NCBI RefSeq assembly: GCF_004010195.1
Contig: NC_057720.1
Location: forward strand, 6,446,099-6,495,867
DNA: 49,769 bases
From: Chiloscyllium plagiosum
Taxonomy: Eukaryota
Direction of reading: 5' to 3'
Position 1 is the first letter of the stretch. Every line of letters begins with the position of its first letter. A model generated the notes under the pieces. It was not told where the DNA came from. It did no database searches and saw nothing but the letters and a program-made list of their open reading frames with translations. This document shows, in pieces, positions 1 to 12,171 of the stretch. A program made the position numbers and the translations under genes.

Positions 1-3000
1 GTGTGGGCAGTGAGACCTGGAGCAGTGTGTGGTCAGTGAGTCCTGGGGCAGTGTGTGGGCAGTGAGACCTGGAGCAGTGTGTGGGCAGTGAGTCCTGGGG
101 CAGGGTGTGGGCAGTGAGTCCTGGGGCAGTGTGAGGGCAGTGAGTCCTGGAGCAGTGTGTGGGCAGTGAGTCCTGGGGCAGGGTGTGGGCAGTGAGTCCT
201 GGAGCAATGTGTGGGCAGTGAGTCCTGGAGCAGTGTGTGGGCAGTGAGTCCTGGAGCAGTGTGTGGGCAGTGGGACCTGGAGCAGTGCGTGGGCAGTGAG
301 ACCTGGAGCAGGGTGTGGGCAGTGAGTTCTGGAGCAGTGTGTGGGCAGTGGGACCTGGAGCAGTGTGTGGGCAGTGAGTCCTGGAGCAGGGTGTGGGCAG
401 TGAGACCTGGAGCAGGGTGTGGGCAGTGGGACCTGGAGCAGTGTGTGGGCAGTGAGTCCTGGAGCAGTGTGTTGTCAGTGGGTCCTGGAGCAGTGTGTGG
501 GCAGTGAGACCTGGAGCAGTGTGTGGTCAGTGAGTCCTGGGGCAGCGTGTGGGCAGTGGGTCCTGGAGCAGGATGTGGGCAGTGAGTCTTGGAGCAGTGT
601 GTGGGGACTGAGACCTGGACCAGGGTGTGGGCAGTGTGTCCGGGAGCAGGATGTGGGCAGTGGGTCCTGGAGCAGTGTGTGGGCAGTGAGACCAGGAGTA
701 GGATGTGGGCAGTGGGTCCTGGAGCAGTGTGTGGGCAGTGGGTCCTGGAGCAGTGTGTGGGCAGTGAGTCCTGGAGCATGATGAGGGCAGTGGGACCTGG
801 AGCAGTGTGTGGGCAGTGGGTCCTGGAGATGGATGTGGGCAGTGGGACCTGGAGCAGTGTGTGGGCAGTGAGTCCCAGAGCAGGGTGTGGACAGTGAGAC
901 CTGGAGCAGTGTGTGGGCAGTGGGACCTGGAGCAGTGTGTGGTCAGTGAGTCCTGGGGCAGGGTGTGGGCAGTGAGTCCTGGGGCAGGGTGTGGGCAGTG
1001 AGACCTGGAGCAGGGTGTAGGCAGTGAGACCTGGAGCAGTGTGTGGTCAGTGAGTCCTGGGGCAGGGTGTGGGCAGTGAGAACTGGAGCAGGGTGTGGGC
1101 AGTGAGACCTGGAGCAGTGTGTGGTCAGTGAGTCCTGGGGCAGGGTGTGGGCAGTGAGTCCTGGGGCAGGGTGCGGGCAGTGAGACCTGGAGCAGTGTGT
1201 GGGCAGTGAGTCCTGGAGCTGGATGTGGGCAGTGAGTCCTGGAGCTGGATGTGGGCAGTGGGACCTGGAGCAGTGTGTGGGCAGTGGGTCCTGGAGCTGG
1301 ATGTGGGCAGTGGGACCTGGAGCAGGGTGTGGGCAGTGAGTCCTGGAGCATGATGTGGGCAGTGGGACCTGGAGCAGTGTGTGGGCAGTGGGTCCCAGAG
1401 CAGGGTGTGGACAGTGAGACCTGGAGCAGTGTGTGGGCAGTGAGTCCTGGAGCAGGATGTGGGCAGTGAGTCCTAGAGCAGCATGTTGGCAGTGGGTCCT
1501 GGAGCAGTGTGTGGGCAGTGGGACCAGGAGCAGTGTGTGGGCAGTGGGTCCTGGAGCAACGTGAGGGCACTGAGACCTGGAGCAGTGTGTGGACAGTGAG
1601 TCCTGGGGCAGGGTGCGGGCAATGAGTCCTGGAGCAGTGTGTCGGCAGTGAGTCCTGGAGCAGTGTGTGGGCAGTGGGTCCTGGAGCAGTGTGTGGGCAG
1701 TGAGTCCTGGAGCAGTGTGTGGGCAGTGGGTCCTGGAGCAGTGTGTGGTCAGTGAGTCCTGGAGCAGGGTGCGGGCAGTGAGACCTGGAGCAGTGTGTGG
1801 GCAGTGAGACCTGGAGCAGTGTGTGGGCAGTGAGACCTGGAGCAGTGTGTGGTCAGTGAGTCCTGGAGCAGGGTGCGGGAAGTGAGTCCTCGAGCAGTGT
1901 ATGGGCAGTGGGTCCTGGAGCAGTGTGTGGGCAGTGAGACCTGGAGCAGTGTGTGGGCAGTGAGTCCTGGAGCAGGGTGCGGGCAGTGAGTCCTGGAGCA
2001 GTGCGTGGACAGTGAGCCCTGGAGCAGGGTGCGGGCAGTGAGTCCTGGAGCAGTGTGTGGGCAGTGAGACCTGGAGCAGTGTGTGGGCAGTGAGACCTGG
2101 AGCAGTGAGTGGGCAGTGAGTCCTGGAGCAGTGCGTGGGCAGTGAGTCCTGGAGCAGTGTGTGGGCAGTGAGACCTGGAGCAGTGTGTGGGCAGTGAGAC
2201 CTGGAGCAGTGCGTGGGCAGTGAGTACTGAAGCAGTGTGTGGGCAGTGAGACCTGGGGCAGTGTGTGGGCAGTGAGTCCTGGAGCAGTGTGTGGTCAGTG
2301 AGTCCTGGGGCAGGGTGTGGGCAGTGAGACCTGGAACAGTGCGTGGGCAGTGGGTCCTGGAGCAGTGTGTGGGCANNNNNNNNNNNNNNNNNNNNNNNNN
2401 NNNNNNNNNNNNNNNNNNNNNNNNNNNNNNNNNNNNNNNNNNNNNNNNNNNNNNNNNNNNNNNNNNNNNNNNNNNNNNNNNNNNNNNNNNNNNNNNNNNN
2501 NNNNNNNNNNNNNNNNNNNNNNNNNNNNNNNNNNNNNNNNNNNNNNNNNNNNNNNNNNNNNNNNNNNNNNNNNNNNNNNNNNNNNNNNNNNNNNNNNNNN
2601 NNNNNNNNNNNNNNNNNNNNNNNNNNNNNNNNNNNNNNNNNNNNNNNNNNNNNNNNNNNNNNNNNNNNNNNNNNNNNNNNNNNNNNNNNNNNNNNNNNNN
2701 NNNNNNNNNNNNNNNNNNNNNNNNNNNNNNNNNNNNNNNNNNNNNNNNNNNNNNNNNNNNNNNNNNNNNNNNNNNNNNNNNNNNNNNNNNNNNNNNNNNN
2801 NNNNNNNNNNNNNNNNNNNNNNNNNNNNNNNNNNNNNNNNNNNNNNNNNNNNNNNNNNNNNNNNNNNNNNNNNNNTGGGCAGTGAGTCCCAGAGCAGGGT
2901 GTGGACAGCGAGACCCGGAGCAGTGTGTTGGCAGTGGGTCCTGGAGCGGTGTGTGGGCAGTGGGACCTGGAGCAGTGTGTGGACAGTGAGTCCTGGGGCA

Positions 3001-4384
3001 GGGTGCGGGCAATGAATCCTGGAGCAGTGTGTCGGCAGTGAGTCCTGGAGCAGTGTGTGGGCAGTGAGGCCTGGAGCAGTGTGTGGGCAGTGAGTCCTGG
3101 AGCAGTGTGTGGGCAGTGAGGCCTGGGGCAGGGCGTGGGCAGTGAGTCCTGGAGCAGTGTGAGGGCAGTGTGTCCTGGAGCAGTGTGTGGGCAGTGAGTC
3201 CTCGAGCAGGGTGTGTGGGCAGTGAGTCCTAGAGCAGGGTGTGGGCAGTGAGTCCTGGAGCAGTATGTGGGCAGTGAGTATTGGGGCAGTGTGTGGGCAG
3301 TGAGTCCTGGGGCAGTGTCTGGGCAGTGAGTCCTGGAGCAGTGTGGGGCAGTGAGTCCTGGAGCAGGGTGTGGGCAGTGGGTCCTGGAGCAGGGTGTGGG
3401 CAGTGAGTCCTGGAGCAGTGTGTGGGCAGTGAGTCCTGGAGCAGTGTGTGGGCAGTGAGACCTGGAGCTGGGTGTGGCCAGTGAGACCTGGGGCAGTGTG
3501 TGGGCAGTGAGACCTGGGGCAGGATGTGGGCAGTGGGTCCTGGGGCAGTGTGTGGGCAGTGAGTCCTGGAGCGGTGTGTGGGCAGTGAGTCCTGGAGCAG
3601 GGTGTGGGCAGTGGGTCCTGGAGCAGGGTGTGGGCAGTGGGTCCTGGGGCAGTGTGTGGGCAATGAGACCTGGAGCAGGGTGTGGGCAGTGAGTCCTGGA
3701 GCAGTGTGAGGGCAGTGAGTCCTGGGGCAGTGTGTGGGCAGTGAGTCCTTGAGCAGTGTGTGGGCAGTGAGTCCTGGAGCAGTGTGTGGGCAGTGAGTCC
3801 TGGAGCAGTGTGTGGGCAGTGAGACCTGGGGCAGTGTGTGGGCAGTGAGACCTGGGGCAGTGTGTGGGCAGTGAGTCCTGGGGCAGTGTGTGGGCAATGA
3901 GTCCTGGAGCAGTGTGTGGGCAGTGGGACCTGGAGCAGTGTGTGTGCAGTGAGACCTGGGGCAGGGCGTTGGCAGTGAGTCCTGGAGCAGTGTGTGGGCA
4001 GTGAGTCCTGGAGCAGTGTGTGGGCAATGAGACCTGGAGCAGGGTGTGGGCAGTGAGTCCTGGAGCAGTGTGTGGGCAGTGAGTCCTGGAGCAGTGTGTG
4101 GGCAGTGAGACCTGGAGCAGTGTGTGGGCAGTGAGTCCTGGAGCAGTGTGTGGACAGTGAGACCTGGAGCAGTGTCTGGGCAGTGAGTCCTGGAGCAGTG
4201 TCTGGGCAGTGAGTCCTGGAGCAGTGTCTGGGCAGTGAGTCCTGGAGCAGTGTCTGGGCAGTGAGTCCTGGAGCAGTGTCTGGGCAGTGAGTCCTGGAGC
4301 AGTGTCTGGGCAGTGAGTCCTGGAGCAGTGTCTGGGCAGTGAGTCCTGGAGCAGTGTGTAGGCAGTGAGTCCTGGAGCATCAGC
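1..4384. repeat. 26-bp G-rich minisatellite, consensus AGTGTGTGGGCAGTGAGTCCTGGAGC, with variable monomers
   Basis: Tandem monomer is directly visible throughout. Recurrent variants include GAGAC/GAGTC/GGGTC, GGAGC/GGGGC and AGTG/AGGG. The array runs off the left edge and is interrupted by an N gap. Confidence 0.97.
2376..2875. other. Assembly gap (500 N) inside the satellite
   Basis: Run of N with a round, placeholder-like length. Confidence 0.99.
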
Positions 4385-7300
4385 ATGTGAGCAGTGGGCC
4401 TGGAATGGCAGTGTGTGGGCAGTGAGTCCTGAAACCGCAGTGTGGGCAGTGAGTCTGGAACAGCCGTGCGTGGGCACTGAGTCCTGCAACAGCAGTGGGT
4501 GGGCAATGTGTCTGGAACAGCAGTGTGTGGGCCGTGAGTCCGAAAACAGCACTGTGTGGGCAGTGAGTCCTGGAACAGCAATGTGTGGGCAGTGAGTTCT
4601 GGAACAGCAGTGTGTGGGCAGTGATTCTGGAACAGCAGGATGTGGGCAGTGAGTCCTGCAACAGCAGTGTGTGGGCAGTAAGTCGGGCACTGCAGTATGT
4701 GAGCAGTGGGCCTGGAATGGCAGTGTGTGGGCAGTGAGTCCTGAAACCGCAGTGTGGGCAGTGAGTCTGGAACAGCCGTGCGTGGGCACTGAGTCCTGCA
4801 ACAGCAGTGGGTGGGCAATGTGTCTGGAACAGCAGTGTGTGGGCCGTGAGTCCGAAAACAGCACTGTGTGGGCAGTGAGTCCTGGAACAGCAATGTGTGG
4901 GCAGTGAGTTCTGGAACAGCAGTGTGTGGGCAGTGATTCTGGAACAGCAGGATGTGGGCAGTGAGTCCTGCAACAGCAGTGTGTGGGCAGTAAGTCGGGC
5001 ACTGCAGTATGTGAGCAGTGGGCCTGGAATGGCAGTGTGTGGGCAGTGAGTCCTGAAACCGCAGTGTGGGCAGTGAGTCTGGAACAGCCGTGCGTGGGCA
5101 CTGAGTCCTGCAACAGCAGTGGGTGGGCAATGTGTCTGGAACAGCAGTGTGTGGGCCGTGAGTCCGAAAACAGCACTGTGTGGGCAGTGAGTCCTGGAAC
5201 AGCAATGTGTGGGCAGTGAGTTCTGGAACAGCAGTGTGTGGGCAGTGATTCTGGAACAGCAGGATGTGGGCAGTGAGTCCTGCAACAGCAGTGTGTGGGC
5301 AGTAAGTCGGGCACTGCAGTATGTGAGCAGTGGGCCTGGAATGGCAGTGTGTGGGCAGTGAGTCCTGAAACCGCAGTGTGGGCAGTGAGTCTGGAACAGC
5401 CGTGCGTGGGCACTGAGTCCTGCAACAGCAGTGGGTGGGCAATGTGTCTGGAACAGCAGTGTGTGGGCCGTGAGTCCGAAAACAGCACTGTGTGGGCAGT
5501 GAGTCCTGGAACAGCAATGTGTGGGCAGTGAGTTCTGGAACAGCAGTGTGTGGGCAGTGATTCTGGAACAGCAGGATGTGGGCAGTGAGTCCTGCAACAG
5601 CAGTGTGTGGGCAGTAAGTCGGGCACTGCAGTATGTGAGCAGTGGGCCTGGAATGGCAGTGTGTGGGCAGTGAGTCCTGAAACCGCAGTGTGGGCAGTGA
5701 GTCTGGAACAGCCGTGCGTGGGCACTGAGTCCTGCAACAGCAGTGGGTGGGCAATGTGTCTGGAACAGCAGTGTGTGGGCCGTGAGTCCGAAAACAGCAC
5801 TGTGTGGGCAGTGAGTCCTGGAACAGCAATGTGTGGGCAGTGAGTTCTGGAACAGCAGTGTGTGGGCAGTGATTCTGGAACAGCAGGATGTGGGCAGTGA
5901 GTCCTGCAACAGCAGTGTGTGGGCAGTAAGTCGGGCACTGCAGTATGTGAGCAGTGGGCCTGGAATGGCAGTGTGTGGGCAGTGAGTCCTGAAACCGCAG
6001 TGTGGGCAGTGAGTCTGGAACAGCCGTGCGTGGGCACTGAGTCCTGCAACAGCAGTGGGTGGGCAATGTGTCTGGAACAGCAGTGTGTGGGCCGTGAGTC
6101 CGAAAACAGCACTGTGTGGGCAGTGAGTCCTGGAACAGCAATGTGTGGGCAGTGAGTTCTGGAACAGCAGTGTGTGGGCAGTGATTCTGGAACAGCAGGA
6201 TGTGGGCAGTGAGTCCTGCAACAGCAGTGTGTGGGCAGTAAGTCGGGCACTGCAGTATGTGAGCAGTGGGCCTGGAATGGCAGTGTGTGGGCAGTGAGTC
6301 CTGAAACCGCAGTGTGGGCAGTGAGTCTGGAACAGCCGTGCGTGGGCACTGAGTCCTGCAACAGCAGTGGGTGGGCAATGTGTCTGGAACAGCAGTGTGT
6401 GGGCCGTGAGTCCGAAAACAGCACTGTGTGGGCAGTGAGTCCTGGAACAGCAATGTGTGGGCAGTGAGTTCTGGAACAGCAGTGTGTGGGCAGTGATTCT
6501 GGAACAGCAGGATGTGGGCAGTGAGTCCTGCAACAGCAGTGTGTGGGCAGTAAGTCGGGCACTGCAGTATGTGAGCAGTGGGCCTGGAATGGCAGTGTGT
6601 GGGCAGTGAGTCCTGAAACCGCAGTGTGGGCAGTGAGTCTGGAACAGCCGTGCGTGGGCACTGAGTCCTGCAACAGCAGTGGGTGGGCAATGTGTCTGGA
6701 ACAGCAGTGTGTGGGCCGTGAGTCCGAAAACAGCACTGTGTGGGCAGTGAGTCCTGGAACAGCAATGTGTGGGCAGTGAGTTCTGGAACAGCAGTGTGTG
6801 GGCAGTGATTCTGGAACAGCAGGATGTGGGCAGTGAGTCCTGCAACAGCAGTGTGTGGGCAGTAAGTCGGGCACTGCAGTATGTGAGCAGTGGGCCTGGA
6901 ATGGCAGTGTGTGGGCAGTGAGTCCTGAAACCGCAGTGTGGGCAGTGAGTCTGGAACAGCCGTGCGTGGGCACTGAGTCCTGCAACAGCAGTGGGTGGGC
7001 AATGTGTCTGGAACAGCAGTGTGTGGGCCGTGAGTCCGAAAACAGCACTGTGTGGGCAGTGAGTCCTGGAACAGCAATGTGTGGGCAGTGAGTTCTGGAA
7101 CAGCAGTGTGTGGGCAGTGATTCTGGAACAGCAGGATGTGGGCAGTGAGTCCTGCAACAGCAGTGTGTGGGCAGTAAGTCGGGCACTGCAGTATGTGAGC
7201 AGTGGGCCTGGAATGGCAGTGTGTGGGCAGTGAGTCCTGAAACCGCAGTGTGGGCAGTGAGTCTGGAACAGCCGTGCGTGGGCACTGAGTCCTGCAACAG

Positions 7301-10300
7301 CAGTGGGTGGGCAATGTGTCTGGAACAGCAGTGTGTGGGCCGTGAGTCCGAAAACAGCACTGTGTGGGCAGTGAGTCCTGGAACAGCAATGTGTGGGCAG
7401 TGAGTTCTGGAACAGCAGTGTGTGGGCAGTGATTCTGGAACAGCAGGATGTGGGCAGTGAGTCCTGCAACAGCAGTGTGTGGGCAGTAAGTCGGGCACTG
7501 CAGTATGTGAGCAGTGGGCCTGGAATGGCAGTGTGTGGGCAGTGAGTCCTGAAACCGCAGTGTGGGCAGTGAGTCTGGAACAGCCGTGCGTGGGCACTGA
7601 GTCCTGCAACAGCAGTGGGTGGGCAATGTGTCTGGAACAGCAGTGTGTGGGCCGTGAGTCCGAAAACAGCACTGTGTGGGCAGTGAGTCCTGGAACAGCA
7701 ATGTGTGGGCAGTGAGTTCTGGAACAGCAGTGTGTGGGCAGTGATTCTGGAACAGCAGGATGTGGGCAGTGAGTCCTGCAACAGCAGTGTGTGGGCAGTA
7801 AGTCGGGCACTGCAGTATGTGAGCAGTGGGCCTGGAATGGCAGTGTGTGGGCAGTGAGTCCTGAAACCGCAGTGTGGGCAGTGAGTCTGGAACAGCCGTG
7901 CGTGGGCACTGAGTCCTGCAACAGCAGTGGGTGGGCAATGTGTCTGGAACAGCAGTGTGTGGGCCGTGAGTCCGAAAACAGCACTGTGTGGGCAGTGAGT
8001 CCTGGAACAGCAATGTGTGGGCAGTGAGTTCTGGAACAGCAGTGTGTGGGCAGTGATTCTGGAACAGCAGGATGTGGGCAGTGAGTCCTGCAACAGCAGT
8101 GTGTGGGCAGTAAGTCGGGCACTGCAGTATGTGAGCAGTGGGCCTGGAATGGCAGTGTGTGGGCAGTGAGTCCTGAAACCGCAGTGTGGGCAGTGAGTCT
8201 GGAACAGCCGTGCGTGGGCACTGAGTCCTGCAACAGCAGTGGGTGGGCAATGTGTCTGGAACAGCAGTGTGTGGGCCGTGAGTCCGAAAACAGCACTGTG
8301 TGGGCAGTGAGTCCTGGAACAGCAATGTGTGGGCAGTGAGTTCTGGAACAGCAGTGTGTGGGCAGTGATTCTGGAACAGCAGGATGTGGGCAGTGAGTCC
8401 TGCAACAGCAGTGTGTGGGCAGTAAGTCGGGCACTGCAGTATGTGAGCAGTGGGCCTGGAATGGCAGTGTGTGGGCAGTGAGTCCTGAAACCGCAGTGTG
8501 GGCAGTGAGTCTGGAACAGCCGTGCGTGGGCACTGAGTCCTGCAACAGCAGTGGGTGGGCAATGTGTCTGGAACAGCAGTGTGTGGGCCGTGAGTCCGAA
8601 AACAGCACTGTGTGGGCAGTGAGTCCTGGAACAGCAATGTGTGGGCAGTGAGTTCTGGAACAGCAGTGTGTGGGCAGTGATTCTGGAACAGCAGGATGTG
8701 GGCAGTGAGTCCTGCAACAGCAGTGTGTGGGCAGTAAGTCGGGCACTGCAGTATGTGAGCAGTGGGCCTGGAATGGCAGTGTGTGGGCAGTGAGTCCTGA
8801 AACCGCAGTGTGGGCAGTGAGTCTGGAACAGCCGTGCGTGGGCACTGAGTCCTGCAACAGCAGTGGGTGGGCAATGTGTCTGGAACAGCAGTGTGTGGGC
8901 CGTGAGTCCGAAAACAGCACTGTGTGGGCAGTGAGTCCTGGAACAGCAATGTGTGGGCAGTGAGTTCTGGAACAGCAGTGTGTGGGCAGTGATTCTGGAA
9001 CAGCAGGATGTGGGCAGTGAGTCCTGCAACAGCAGTGTGTGGGCAGTAAGTCGGGCACTGCAGTATGTGAGCAGTGGGCCTGGAATGGCAGTGTGTGGGC
9101 AGTGAGTCCTGAAACCGCAGTGTGGGCAGTGAGTCTGGAACAGCCGTGCGTGGGCACTGAGTCCTGCAACAGCAGTGGGTGGGCAATGTGTCTGGAACAG
9201 CAGTGTGTGGGCCGTGAGTCCGAAAACAGCACTGTGTGGGCAGTGAGTCCTGGAACAGCAATGTGTGGGCAGTGAGTTCTGGAACAGCAGTGTGTGGGCA
9301 GTGATTCTGGAACAGCAGGATGTGGGCAGTGAGTCCTGCAACAGCAGTGTGTGGGCAGTAAGTCGGGCACTGCAGTATGTGAGCAGTGGGCCTGGAATGG
9401 CAGTGTGTGGGCAGTGAGTCCTGAAACCGCAGTGTGGGCAGTGAGTCTGGAACAGCCGTGCGTGGGCACTGAGTCCTGCAACAGCAGTGGGTGGGCAATG
9501 TGTCTGGAACAGCAGTGTGTGGGCCGTGAGTCCGAAAACAGCACTGTGTGGGCAGTGAGTCCTGGAACAGCAATGTGTGGGCAGTGAGTTCTGGAACAGC
9601 AGTGTGTGGGCAGTGATTCTGGAACAGCAGGATGTGGGCAGTGAGTCCTGCAACAGCAGTGTGTGGGCAGTAAGTCGGGCACTGCAGTATGTGAGCAGTG
9701 GGCCTGGAATGGCAGTGTGTGGGCAGTGAGTCCTGAAACCGCAGTGTGGGCAGTGAGTCTGGAACAGCCGTGCGTGGGCACTGAGTCCTGCAACAGCAGT
9801 GGGTGGGCAATGTGTCTGGAACAGCAGTGTGTGGGCCGTGAGTCCGAAAACAGCACTGTGTGGGCAGTGAGTCCTGGAACAGCAATGTGTGGGCAGTGAG
9901 TTCTGGAACAGCAGTGTGTGGGCAGTGATTCTGGAACAGCAGGATGTGGGCAGTGAGTCCTGCAACAGCAGTGTGTGGGCAGTAAGTCGGGCACTGCAGT
10001 ATGTGAGCAGTGGGCCTGGAATGGCAGTGTGTGGGCAGTGAGTCCTGAAACCGCAGTGTGGGCAGTGAGTCTGGAACAGCCGTGCGTGGGCACTGAGTCC
10101 TGCAACAGCAGTGGGTGGGCAATGTGTCTGGAACAGCAGTGTGTGGGCCGTGAGTCCGAAAACAGCACTGTGTGGGCAGTGAGTCCTGGAACAGCAATGT
10201 GTGGGCAGTGAGTTCTGGAACAGCAGTGTGTGGGCAGTGATTCTGGAACAGCAGGATGTGGGCAGTGAGTCCTGCAACAGCAGTGTGTGGGCAGTAAGTC

Positions 10301-10713
10301 GGGCACTGCAGTATGTGAGCAGTGGGCCTGGAATGGCAGTGTGTGGGCAGTGAGTCCTGAAACCGCAGTGTGGGCAGTGAGTCTGGAACAGCCGTGCGTG
10401 GGCACTGAGTCCTGCAACAGCAGTGGGTGGGCAATGTGTCTGGAACAGCAGTGTGTGGGCCGTGAGTCCGAAAACAGCACTGTGTGGGCAGTGAGTCCTG
10501 GAACAGCAATGTGTGGGCAGTGAGTTCTGGAACAGCAGTGTGTGGGCAGTGATTCTGGAACAGCAGGATGTGGGCAGTGAGTCCTGCAACAGCAGTGTGT
10601 GGGCAGTAAGTCGGGCACTGCAGTATGTGAGCAGTGGGCCTGGAATGGCAGTGTGTGGGCAGTGAGTCCTGAAACCGCAGTGTGGGCAGTGAGTCTGGAA
10701 CAGCCGTGCGTGG
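4385..10713. repeat. 312-bp higher-order satellite, about 20.3 near-identical copies, each made of 11 diverged ~26-29-bp monomers
   Basis: An identical 78-aa ORF recurs every 312 bp (4671, 4983 ... 10287). Monomer consensus AGTGTGTGGGCAGTGAGTCCTGGAACAGC equals the 26-mer plus ACA. Confidence 0.97.
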
Positions 10714-10725
10714 CGGGGGGGGGGG

Positions 10726-10995
10726 CACCAATTTAAAACTGAGATGAGGAGGAATTTCTTCTCTCTGAGGATTGTGAGTCTTTGGAACCCCATGTCACAG
10801 AGATCTGTGGGGGCAGAGTCCTTGTGTATACTTAAGGCTGAGGTAGATAGATTCTTGATCAGTTGGGGAATCAAGGGTTCCAGGGAAAGGGAAGGAGAGT
10901 GGATGTATGGAATGTCAGATCAGCCATATTGAATGGTGGAGCAGGCTCAAGGATCTGAACAGTTTACTCCTGGACCCATTTCTAATGGTCTTATG
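10726..10995 (+). mobile_element. CR1-like LINE 3' fragment
   Basis: Translates as MRRNFFSLRIVSLWN...ILKAEVDRFL, the CR1 ORF2 C-terminal motif (NFF.QRVV..WN.LP), followed by a 3' UTR. Confidence 0.85.
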
Positions 10996-11037
10996 GACCA
11001 GCCCTGGTCCAGATGGTCCTTTGACAGTCCGGGTACT

Positions 11038-11395
11038 CTTTTTCATCATTTCATGGGATGTGGGCATCACTGGCAGTGTCTTGGCTATCCCTAATTACCC
11101 TTGAATGGTGTGGTTTGCTGGGCCATTTCAGAGGGCAGTTCAGATTCAACCAGATTGCTGTGGATCGGGAATCACATGAAGGTCAGACCACGAGTGTTTG
11201 GCAGGTTTCCCTCCCTGAAGGACATGAGTGTGAACCAGATGGGTTTTCTAACAACAGTTGTCATAGCTGCCATTTCTGAAACCGACTTCCAATTCCAGAT
11301 TTATGAACTGACTTGAAACTCTACCAGTTGTCGTGGTGGGATTTGAGTTCATGTCCATTGAACATTAGCCTAGGCATCTGCACTTCTTGTCCACA
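11038..11395 (-). mobile_element. tRNA-derived SINE (second family), degraded
   Basis: Reverse complement resembles the + strand copy at 21704-22040 (GGGAAGGAAA...CTGGTCTG, CCCACATCCCATGAA tail). Confidence 0.65.
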
Positions 11396-11409
11396 GAAGG
11401 TTCATGAGG

Positions 11410-11575
11410 TTAATTCCAGGGACAAGGACCTGTAGTTACATGGATACGTTGGACAGCTGTTGTCTTTGGCGAAGAGAATGTCAAGAGATGATCTGATAGA
11501 AGTGTTCAGAATTAGGAAGGGCCTGGAGAGAATAGATAGAGAGAAACTATTCCCATTCCCAGAGGATTGGCAGGA
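11410..11575 (+). mobile_element. CR1-like LINE ORF2 fragment
   Basis: Translates as LSLAKRMSRDDLIEVFRIRKGLERIDREKLFP, matching the CR1 motif LFSLE.RRLRGDLIEV.KI..G.D. Confidence 0.75.
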
Positions 11576-11882
11576 CAGCTGGATTAGTGACACCCATACC
11601 AGTTCATTTCCCACATCAGCTGAGATTATCATCCCCTCAACCTCTCCACTCACCCGAGAAGTGGTGAACTTCAGGTTAAACTCACCCACCAGTCATCTCT
11701 CTCCAATGTGAACAGACCAATGATGGGGGAGGATTATCGCAACTTTACCAGAGGACACAGATTTAAAGTAGTTACTCACGGAAGGAAAAAAAAACCTTCC
11801 ATGCAGCACAGTTGTTAGAATCTGGAACTCACTACCTGAAACATGCTGGAGGAAGATTGAATCAAGGTTTTCAAAAGAGAAA

Positions 11883-12171
11883 GGCAGCATGGTGGCTCAC
11901 TTGTTAGCACTGCTGCCTCACAGCGCCAGGGACCCGGGTTCAATTCCCGCCTTGGGCATCTGTCTTTGTGGAGATTGCACATTCTCCCTGTGTCTGCATG
12001 GGTTTCCTCCCACAGTCCAAAGATGTGCAGGTTAAATGAATTGGCCATGCTAAATTACCCATAGTGTTAGGTGTAGGGGGATGGGTCTGGGTGGGTTGCT
12101 CTTTGGAGGGTCGGTGTGGAATTGTTGGGCCGAAGTGCCTGTTTCCACACTGTAGGGAATCTAATCTAATC
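11883..12171 (+). mobile_element. HE1-like SINE
   Basis: tRNA-like head (GGTGGCTCAC..GTTAGCACTGCTGCCTCACAGCGCCAGGGACCCGGGTTCAATTCC), conserved core and (AATCT)n tail. Confidence 0.9.

Noticed and set aside
4671..10523. Nineteen identical 78-aa + strand ORFs as a tandem gene array
   Set aside because: They have GTG starts inside satellite monomers and are by-products of the 312-bp repeat.
1..10713. CRISPR-like array
   Set aside because: There are no unique spacers, the monomers are contiguous, the context is eukaryotic and there are no cas genes.
33..10874. Giant His/Cys/Pro-rich ORFs (up to 2921 aa) as protein-coding genes, such as keratin-associated or metal-binding proteins
   Set aside because: All three frames are open, the 26-bp period is not a multiple of 3, some ORFs read through an N gap, and there are no unique domains. 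They are translations of satellite DNA.
11883..11950. tRNA genes in SINE heads (also 21704 and 46342)
   Set aside because: These are tRNA-derived promoter regions continuous with SINE bodies, not stand-alone cloverleafs.
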